From a virus (lineage: Duplodnaviria; Caudoviricetes), in IMG/VR virus record IMGVR_UViG_3300017748_000009, positions 1-57,294 of that record: 57,294 nt of DNA; one strand, given 5' to 3'. The notes under the pieces are model-generated. The model searched no databases. It had not been told where the DNA came from and saw only the letters and a list, made by a program, of their open reading frames with translations. The position numbers were made by a program, and so were the translations under genes. Of the stretch, positions 35,202 to 44,700 are shown in pieces. The number at the start of each line of letters is the position of its first letter. Within the stretch, counting starts at the first letter, position 1.

Positions 35202-35744
35202 ATGGGTATATTTTCGCTATTAAAGCCAAGAAAAAAGTATAGACCTGAAGAAGTTCTTAATGCGGTACATTATAATCGTGGATTATTGTGGGAAAAAATA
35301 GAACAGTTTAAACTTCAGCTAAGTGCATTAGAAGGAGCTGCTACTCATGAACGTGGTAAGCCACAGGAAAAGGATATGCGAGAAAACTATCCGTTAAAAC
35401 ATCATTTTGAAGGCGGTTTATATACAAGAGAAGTATTTATGCCTAAAGGGCACGTAATAGTTTCTTTTATACATAAAAAACAACATCCTTCTTTTTTATT
35501 AAAAGGTAAAGTTTCGTACTTAAATGATGATGGTGTTGTCGAAACTATAAAAGCTCCTCATACGGTTTTTACACAAATTGGCACCCAAAGAATATTTTAT
35601 ATTCATGAAGATTCTATTTGGACTTGCGTACACAAAACAAACGCAACGACAGTAGAAAAAGCAGAAAAAGAATTATTAGCAGAATCTTATAAAGAGCTGC
35701 CAAAAAAAATTATAAATAAAAACTTAGAATTATGTCAGCAATAG
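35202..35744 (+). CDS. Cupin-fold protein
   Basis: HHF..GLY.RE..MPKG.....IH...H...LLKG...IKAP...G..R...HEDS.W..VH. Confidence 0.65.
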   Translation: MGIFSLLKPRKKYRPEEVLNAVHYNRGLLWEKIEQFKLQLSALEGAATHERGKPQEKDMRENYPLKHHFEGGLYTREVFMPKGHVIVSFIHKKQHPSFLLKGKVSYLNDDGVVETIKAPHTVFTQIGTQRIFYIHEDSIWTCVHKTNATTVEKAEKELLAESYKELPKKIINKNLELCQQ

Positions 35745-36712
35745 CATTAGGTATAGCAGGATTAGTAATTGGAGCAACAGGTACAGCTATGTCATTTGGA
35801 CAAATGGGAAAGGCAAAGAGATTACAAAGAGATGCAGAATCCAAAGCTGACCAAGCTATGGCAGAAGCTAGGAAAAGATTAGAGGTTAATTATCTAGATG
35901 AATTGGCTATACAAAAAGAACCTTATGAATTAGCAAGAGAAGCATCTTTACAACAAGGTGCGACTGCACTTGCTGCAGCACAGCAAGGAGACCAAAGAGG
36001 TATTGCAGCTACAGCCGGAAGGTTAGAAGTAGCGCAAGACGCAGCTCAAGGTCAAGTTAGAAGTCAAATGGGTGCAGAACTGAATAAATTAGATAAGTTA
36101 GTTGCAGAAGAAGATAGTAGGCTAAGAGATTTAAATGTTCAACTAGACTTAGGAGAAGTATCCGGTTTTCAAGCTCAGGCTGCTAATCAAGAGCAATTAA
36201 AAAACCAAGCTATGGCTCAAGGTATTCAAGGTGCAGTTGGAACCTTACAAAGCGGTTTGAGTTTAGTTCCATTGTACCAACAAAACCAAGGTGCTCAACA
36301 ACAAGCTATTGGAGATACACAATACACACAGAATCAAGTTGATAATTTTGATAATGTAAGTTTTAGTAAAAGAGAAGGTGGTTTTTTGGGTATAGGAGGA
36401 GATAAAGTACAATATGATTTAGGTATTGGTGATACTCAGGCAATACGTGATTTAAATCCCGGAGCATATAGAAAATTTAAAAGACAATTAGAGCCTGACC
36501 AATCAAATGTTGTTTTCGGTTCTCAATTCCAAGACATATATAACACACAACAAAATTTAGGAGTAGCCGACCCTAATAATCCTGCAGCCTCTACAGATGA
36601 TATAAGAGTAAAACAAGCTAAAGCATCCGGTAGGTTTATGAAAGATGATGGTACAGGTAAAATGATTCCGATGACTGACGATGAGATAAAAATAAAGTTG
36701 GGTATTAAATAA
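35732..36712 (+). CDS. Internal virion/DNA ejection protein
   Basis: A/G-rich hydrophobic N-terminus followed by Q/A-rich helices. Confidence 0.65.
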   Translation: MSAIALGIAGLVIGATGTAMSFGQMGKAKRLQRDAESKADQAMAEARKRLEVNYLDELAIQKEPYELAREASLQQGATALAAAQQGDQRGIAATAGRLEVAQDAAQGQVRSQMGAELNKLDKLVAEEDSRLRDLNVQLDLGEVSGFQAQAANQEQLKNQAMAQGIQGAVGTLQSGLSLVPLYQQNQGAQQQAIGDTQYTQNQVDNFDNVSFSKREGGFLGIGGDKVQYDLGIGDTQAIRDLNPGAYRKFKRQLEPDQSNVVFGSQFQDIYNTQQNLGVADPNNPAASTDDIRVKQAKASGRFMKDDGTGKMIPMTDDEIKIKLGIK

Positions 36713-36724
36713 AAAAGAAAATAA

Positions 36725-38722
36725 ATGGCAGCCAATACAGGATATGGATATGTTGAAAGACGAGCTGAAGACCAAATAAATTGGTCTGCGGTAGCAACAC
36801 AATTTAATGAAACATTAAAGGGAGAATTTGCAGCAAGAGAAGCAAAGAAAGCAGCTCTAGATGAGTCAGCACGTCAGATGCAACTAAACCTGCAAAACGC
36901 ACCTTCAGGTGATTACATAGAAGCTAATGAGTTTGCAACACAATTTGCTGCTGATGGTTCAGCTACTATGTTAGCTGCTAACCGTGCATTAAAAGCAGGT
37001 ATCCTACAGCCAAGACAATATTCTTTAATCAACGCAAATCTACAAGACTCTACAAATAAAGTGTTTGGAATGGCTAAACAATATCAAGCAGCCTACACCG
37101 AAAAAAAAGAAAGATTAGGAGCTATGGACCCATCAAAAAGGTCTCAAGCATTGGAAGCTTGGAAGATGGAACAAGCCGAAGGTTTATTTAATATAAAAAA
37201 CACTAAAGCTCTCGTCAACCAAAACAATGGTATGGTAAGTCTAGGTCATTGGGAGAATGGAAAAATGGATGGAGACCCTAGTTCGTTTATGACAGTTAAC
37301 CAACTTACAGGAGCACTTAATGAAAAATTTGATTACTTCGATATTGATGCCCAAGTAAAAAGTGATGTAGATGGATTAGGAATGATAGACGACTTAGCAT
37401 TTAATTATTCAGGGCAAGGCGGTCTAGAAACTATTATAAAAACTAGTTCTCAAGGTGGTAAGTTTGCAGGAGATAAAGAACTCCTAAAAGATTATCAAGA
37501 ATGGTTAGATTTAACCTCAGACGAAATGATGGTTAATCCTCTCCATGTATCTTCTATACTTACAGAACAATCTGTTAAAGCTCCAAACGGAAAAGACTAT
37601 ACCTTTACATACGATGAAACTGAGTTTAAGGCACAAAAAGCTGATGGTAATTTAATTTATGTTGATAGAACTAATAGCCAAAACGGAGAACTTGTATTTA
37701 AAGATGAGCAAGAAGGAGTAGTTAAGGGAGTTATAAAGGAAAAATTAAATTCTGCTATTGACAAAAAAATAAATGTTCAAGCTAGTAGAAAAGGGTTTAA
37801 ACCCAAATCTGTGGTAGATGGCGAAAAAGAAACGAAAAAAGACGAAAGCACTTTAAATATGTTATCTTCTATTTATTATGGAAACTCAACAGATATTGAT
37901 GCAGCCGAAACTTACTTTAGAGATAATATTCAAAATGCATCTAAGGTTAATAAAATAGGAGACCAAATAGTAGTAACATTTACAAATGGGGATACCAAGA
38001 CGGTTGACTTAGTAGATGCTCAAGGAAATCCATTAGGTTTTGAGCAATTTGCTAAATCAGCAACACTATTAACAGGCGTATCAAATATAGATGATTCAGT
38101 AGATATAGGTGGAGGAAAAAAATCAGGTGTTGTCGATTCTGTTGCTTCAGGTGAGGAAGGGACAGTAGTTGTAACTTTCGCTGACGGAAGAAAAGAAACA
38201 AGAAAAGGAAAGATAACAGATGAGTTCTATGTAAACTTAGATAATGAATTAAATAAAACTAATCCTGATAAATCTAAACTTACTTTAGAGTATACTTCAA
38301 TTTCTCAAGGAACAGGTAAAGGAGCTGAAACATTTACAAGTGAAACTTCTAGTGAACAAGTAAATAGATATTATGACGAAAAAATAACTTCTGATTTATT
38401 TGACGAAAAAACGGATGATGCAACGGCAAATAAACTAAAAACTTTATTAGGTCCTTTAGGATTTAAAGTAACAATACCTTACAATACTGCAAATAAAATA
38501 TATCTTAATAAAGAAGGTATGGAACAAGTAACATTGTATACTAACAATACAGAAAGTGCAGAAATTAAATCTAATTTAGAAGCACTTCTTAATGCAGTAA
38601 AAGGAAATACATCTGAAGCTGAAGCTAAGGCACAGGAGAGCTTCTTAACTGACCAAGTGGGAACAATTACAGGTGAAAGTAAAGCAGGTGCAACAACAAG
38701 TGGAGATAATATATTTAAATAA
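36725..38722 (+). CDS. Internal virion/ejection protein
   Basis: 665 aa, positioned between the small and giant internal proteins. Confidence 0.6.
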   Translation: MAANTGYGYVERRAEDQINWSAVATQFNETLKGEFAAREAKKAALDESARQMQLNLQNAPSGDYIEANEFATQFAADGSATMLAANRALKAGILQPRQYSLINANLQDSTNKVFGMAKQYQAAYTEKKERLGAMDPSKRSQALEAWKMEQAEGLFNIKNTKALVNQNNGMVSLGHWENGKMDGDPSSFMTVNQLTGALNEKFDYFDIDAQVKSDVDGLGMIDDLAFNYSGQGGLETIIKTSSQGGKFAGDKELLKDYQEWLDLTSDEMMVNPLHVSSILTEQSVKAPNGKDYTFTYDETEFKAQKADGNLIYVDRTNSQNGELVFKDEQEGVVKGVIKEKLNSAIDKKINVQASRKGFKPKSVVDGEKETKKDESTLNMLSSIYYGNSTDIDAAETYFRDNIQNASKVNKIGDQIVVTFTNGDTKTVDLVDAQGNPLGFEQFAKSATLLTGVSNIDDSVDIGGGKKSGVVDSVASGEEGTVVVTFADGRKETRKGKITDEFYVNLDNELNKTNPDKSKLTLEYTSISQGTGKGAETFTSETSSEQVNRYYDEKITSDLFDEKTDDATANKLKTLLGPLGFKVTIPYNTANKIYLNKEGMEQVTLYTNNTESAEIKSNLEALLNAVKGNTSEAEAKAQESFLTDQVGTITGESKAGATTSGDNIFK

Positions 38723-38728
38723 TAAGCG

Positions 38729-41700
38729 ATGAACGATAAGTTACAGCAGTTATACGATTTATATTTAAACGAAGGTCTTCTTACTGAAGCTACTCCCTTT
38801 GAGGTTTTCTCTCAGGCAGATGAGAATCAAATTAATTCACTATACGAACTCGGAAAAAATCAAGGTTTATTTGAAACAACTACAGTAGATGTTTTTTCAG
38901 CAGCTTGGGGACCTGTTGCAGAAACTGTAACAGTCGAAGAGGGTGAAAAAAAAAATCTAAACTTCAGCAATCCCGACAACCAACTACCCGAAGGTACACC
39001 CTCTTCAACTTCAATTTCAGAGGAGTTCAATATCAATTCTCCTTCGTATTTACAAAAACCTGAAACAAGTACAAATCCATTTACAGGGACTATTCTTTCA
39101 GACCAAGAGGTTGATGAGTTTCAAGTAAGTAAAAATAATATTACTTCAGATTTAACTTCTGACAGACAAGAAGAAGATGTAGTGGCTGAAATGAACTATA
39201 AGTTTGGAGACTATGGTTTTCAGTTTGAACAGACAAACATTGGTGATGCCATGAATGTCAAGGCTGCTAATGGAGAAGAAATTAAAATCGTACTAGATGC
39301 CTTTGGTATTCCATTTGTTAATGAAGACATTGGTTTATTTGCTAATAAAAGAGCCAAAAAATTAAGAGATTTTTTAGAGAAAAACAGGGTTGAGTCTGAA
39401 AGAATATTTTCAGAAAGAACTAAATCTCAAGAAAGAAAACTTAAGAAAATTCAAAACATGGATGAACTTAAGTCTTTAAATACTTTATTTAATTCACAGG
39501 TAGATAATTTTTCTACAGATGTAAGAAACTTTAGCAAGGAACAACTTCGTTTAGATAAAATTTATCAAGATAATTTTGTGGGTTTAACTCCAACTGAGTT
39601 AGCTAACAGCCAAGATTATGCTAAGTATACCCAATTAAAAAATAATTTAAATACAGAAAAACAAAGACTTGCTAACCAACAAAAAAGTTTTCAAGTTAGA
39701 GGCAGGGAGCTTAATGGGATAGCTGCTGATTATTATTTAATGTTAAAAAAATCTAAAGGAGATTACTTTGATGTGGCAGAAGGTATTGAAAGGTTAGGCT
39801 CAACTTTAGCAGAGGGGATAGGAGGAATAGTTTCAGGTACTGCAGGGGACTTAGCTGCTTTTACTGTAGATAAAATAGAAAGAATAAGAGGGACATTTGA
39901 TGCAGGTAAAAGTAGAAGGGCTGCAGATGAACACATAGATTATGCAACGGAAATATTAATAGATAATACCGATGGGTACGCATTAAATTCAAATTTAATA
40001 TCAAGTCTAATGGGGGATGGAGATACGTCTGCTGATAAAGAGGCTATTTCTAACATAGATAAATATTTAAAAAAAGGTAAGTTAAATGTTATAGACCAAG
40101 ATAAATTAAAGTCAGAGCTTGATAAACTTTCTCCTGAAATGTTACAAGTGGTCTTAGAAAATACCGTAAGTAAAGATGGGGATGACCTTCACTCAGCAAC
40201 TGAATCTATTTTTAGAAACACTTCAATGAAGGCTGTACAAGAATATGAAGGTACAGAAATAACTAGGGAGATGCCGGGGAGACCTAATATTTTACAGACA
40301 GAAACTATAACTAGTTATGACAAAGCTAAAAGCGCAGCTTTGGGTGATGCTAATAATTTTAATCGGTACACGGGTATGTTAAATAATATGGATTTAGAGT
40401 CCGGATTAAGAGACAATATTCGTACAGCATTAACTGTTATTTCGGGTGAGACAGATGAACAAGCAATGACTCGTAAAATAGTAAAAAATGAAGGGTCGTT
40501 TATGCAAAAAGCCTTACACGGTGTTGCGTATTCTATCCCTGCATTCATTGGTATTTACAAAACAGTAGCACAAAAAGCTATAGCTAAAGGTGGACCCTTG
40601 GTGGTTAGGGAATTAAAAAAATATGCTTCAGATAAAAACAATGTATCCCGAACTGTAAGATTACTAGGTCAATCCATGGATGCCCAAATGGGTAAGATGG
40701 CAAACAACCCAAATTTTGATAACATTTCATTAGACGAACAACGAACTGTCGCTGTACCTGTAGGTATTGCAACAGCCGTACTAGAAAACATAGGATTTAG
40801 AAATATAACTAGTAGTAGTCCGTTTGTTCAGAATATGTTGGTAAGAGGTTTGAATAAATTAGGTGTAGTCAAAAAGGGAACTGAAGGAAAGCTGTTAGCA
40901 AAACTTATTCGTGAGGACGTAAACAATTTAGTTGGAAGAGGCTTACTTGTAATTGGGGCAGGTGGTGCAGCAGAATTTGAAACAGGTGCTTTACAGTTTG
41001 TTGCTGAAGATTTATCAGAAAGAATATACAATTTCAATAAAGAAAAACAATATTTTCAAACTCCTGATTCATTTACAGGATATATGGGAGAGCTTTTATA
41101 TCAAGGAGCTCTTGAAGCTGTAGGAGGAAAAATAATGGCTGTACCAACGGCTATATCTGCTATGGCAACAAACCCTAAAAATTTAGACTTAGTGACTGAT
41201 GAAGCCTTTGAGATGTTCAAAGGAATGTTAGGAGATACGCAATATAAAAAGTTTTTTACTACGGACTTAAAGCAAAGGGTAGCCGACCCTAATGATGAGT
41301 TGACTCAAAAAGATGCTGACACAATGCTAGAAACCTTTAATATAATTGAAGGATTAATGCCACAGGTGCCGGGGGATTTGAATTTACAGCAACAACGATT
41401 AGCATTAAGCTTGGTAATGGAAAGACAAGCATTAAAAACTGAGATAGAACCTTTAGCTCCGGAGTTAGCACTAAAGCAAAACGCTAGAATCGAAGAAATT
41501 ACTGAACAACTTAAAGACATTACACTCCTTGCTAATGCGGAACAAGATGCAGCTCAAAAAGCTGAGTCAGCAATCCCTGAATTTGGAGAAACAAAAAGTG
41601 AAACTCAAGAGCTTCAAGAAGGAGATGAAGTAACAACTCAAGAAGCAGAGGATTTTGCATCAGCTATTGGAGATGAAACTGAAAGTAGTTCGACTACTAA

Positions 41701-44700
41701 TAATTTATTTTTTAATAGAAAAGGGAAACCTAAGCGTAAATTAAATTCTATAAAGCAAGGTGTTAGAAATCAAGTTCTTAATGCAGCAACAAAAATTAGT
41801 AAGTCTATAACAAAAGTTTTACCTGACACTAAAATAATATTACACGAATCAAGCAAAGAGTTTAATAAAGCTACCGGAACTGACGGAAGAGGTTTCTTTT
41901 CGTTTGATGATAATATTATTCATATAGATATGAATAAAGCAAATACCTCTACAGTATTTCATGAGGTCGGTCACGCATTTATATTTAATACTCTTGGAGA
42001 AACCAACACCGCTAATGCATTAAAAACATTATTAACTTCGGCTGAAAAAGGTCTTGATAGTAATAGTTTATTGGCTAGGCAAATAAAAAGATTTGGACAG
42101 GCTTATGAATCACAAGGACCTACAGTTCAAAACGAAGAAAGATTAGCCGAACTTTTTGGGCAACTAGCTGCAAACTACGACACATTAAATACTCCTACCA
42201 AAAATGCTGTAGTTAATTTTATTAAAAAAATTGGTAACTCTATAGGATTTAATTTTGATATTATAACAGAGCAAGACTCTAAGATAATTGAAATGTTAAA
42301 CTCATTATCAGGTAAGGTAAGAGAAGGTAGAGAAGTTTTGGCAGAAGATTTATCTGTCCTAAAAGATTTAAGAGAAACAGGTACAGAAAATATAGGAACC
42401 CCTACAGAAATTACTAAACCAAAAGGGGGGAGAGAACAGAGGAATATAAACTTTAAAGACTCCTATCCCAATTCATTAATATCTTCAAAGAATAAAATTG
42501 ACATCAATAAACTTATAGATGATATTGTAGATAAAAAACAAAAAGTTTGGTTTTGGAAAGCTGACCAATTAGGTATAAATCCAAACACCGGTATAGATGG
42601 TGGACCAAGTTTTGCTCTGCAAACACCCGGAGATATTTGGGCAAGTAGTGTAAACCCTACAACAATTCAGAAGAATATAAATAATTCTGACTATATTTTT
42701 ATTATTAGTGGGTCTCCAAATGTCATGCATCTCTTTAATAAAGTTGTATTTGATAATATTACAGATGGATTACCTTCATTTGAAACTTTTAAAACTGAAG
42801 CACTAGAAACTAATCCTGTTAAAGCTATAAGAGAAACATTAGAAAAATACAACAGTTTTGAGGAAATAAGAGATAATACAGACGGTACGGTTAGGAAGAG
42901 ATTCTTAATAGGACACCAAGAGCAATCAAAGAAAAACACTAAATATGCTCAATATGTTAGGGATAACGGTGGGTTTATAGAAACAGAAAGCTTTATTGAT
43001 GGATTCTTTAGAGAGAATGAGTTTCAAATAAATGATATTATGTTGGTATTAAAACCAACAGGTGTCAGAACAGATTCTAATCACTCTACATATTCTAATA
43101 CAATTGAGGGGGATGTTATTGGTGTACCAAACAAAGTAGTTGATGCCTTTACTATAATGCCAATTCCTATACAACAACGTGCTAAAGATTTAGGAAGGGT
43201 ACAGCAGGGGGAGGTTATATCTCCATTGGGTTCCGGAGTTAAAAGTATATCAAAGCCTATAAGAACTAGAGGTAGAGAACAAAAGTCTATAGAACAAATA
43301 GGAAGATTTTTTAATATGAATGATTCCGGCTTTATGCCATCTGTTATTAATACTTCTCAAATTAAAAGAATGTTACCGCCATCTGTAAGTTTAAAACGTG
43401 CTAGAAGTGGGTCTTATTACTTATCAGGTCCAAGAGGTAAAATAAATCCTTTTTCTCCTAGAGGTAGACAACAAAAAGAAATAGTAGACATAATTACTGA
43501 AGGAAGGGATGGAAACTTTAGAGATGAAGTGATTAAAGACTTTTTAATTAGAGTTAAAAAATTCCCGGCAAAAGTGGTTAATGATTTAATGGAAGTATCA
43601 GTAGATATTTTTGGTACCCTTCCTAATAGTTTCAGGAATTTACAAGACGGATTTAAGTCAGGTGTAAAACTATATCAAAGAGCAAAAGCTTACGAGCAAA
43701 AATTAATTAAAGCAAACTCAAAGAAAAAAGTAAAACTTACTGAGCAACAAATTGCAGACCAAACAATAGAATTTTTAGAGAAGCAACCTGAGTTTAAAAA
43801 AGAGGGTGATGGCAGTAAGTCATTGACCACTAGACAAGCAGCTATGCTTTATGAGTTTCAAAAAAGTGTCGGAACAAGACCAAGTGAAAATGTACAAGAG
43901 AAACTTACAGAAGCAAGGAAACTTTTATTTGCTAGAAAAAGAGGTGCAAGAGATTTACAAAAAATAAAATCTGCACTAAGAAACTTTATAAGAAAGTCAT
44001 TACCAAAAGATATATATACTAGGTCTGAAGTTATGAAGCTTGTTAGAGCAGTTACAAATGCACAAGAAAATAATATTGAAAATATATTTGATGAGGTAAT
44101 TGAGTTTGTAACAAAGAAAAATAACACTCGTTTAGAAAAGACTATAGATAATATTCTTAATGGTAAATATATAACTCGTATTGGTGGTAGAATAAAAGCT
44201 GCGAAGGTTAGTTTAAATATTAAGGAGAGAATAGAAAAAATTAAAAAAGACAGACTTAATAAATCTGCTACTGCTGAAGATATAGATAAAGAAAACGAGG
44301 CATTAACTAAAGAGTTTAATTCTATTAACCAAAAGTCTGTAAAAACAGAAGGAGATTATTCTAGAATGGAGGATATAACTCTTCTTTTAAATATAAATAA
44401 CTCTTTACAGATGGAGGACACCGATGTAAATAAAACAGGTGCTTTAGATATGTCAGCAAAAATTCTTGAAGACATGATTGTTTTAGGTAGGTCGGAGTTA
44501 AAACAAGAGTTAGAAGAGTCGAATAAAAAATATAATGAACAATCTTCTACAGCAATAGAAGAAATAACAGGGCAAAAGGTTGATATGGGAGACCCTGATG
44601 CTAAGTCACAGCTTGATTTAGATAATGTTAAAAGACTAAACGCAAGACAAAATAAAACTAAAAATGTAATTAAAAAGTTTATAAACCAATTCACTAGCAA

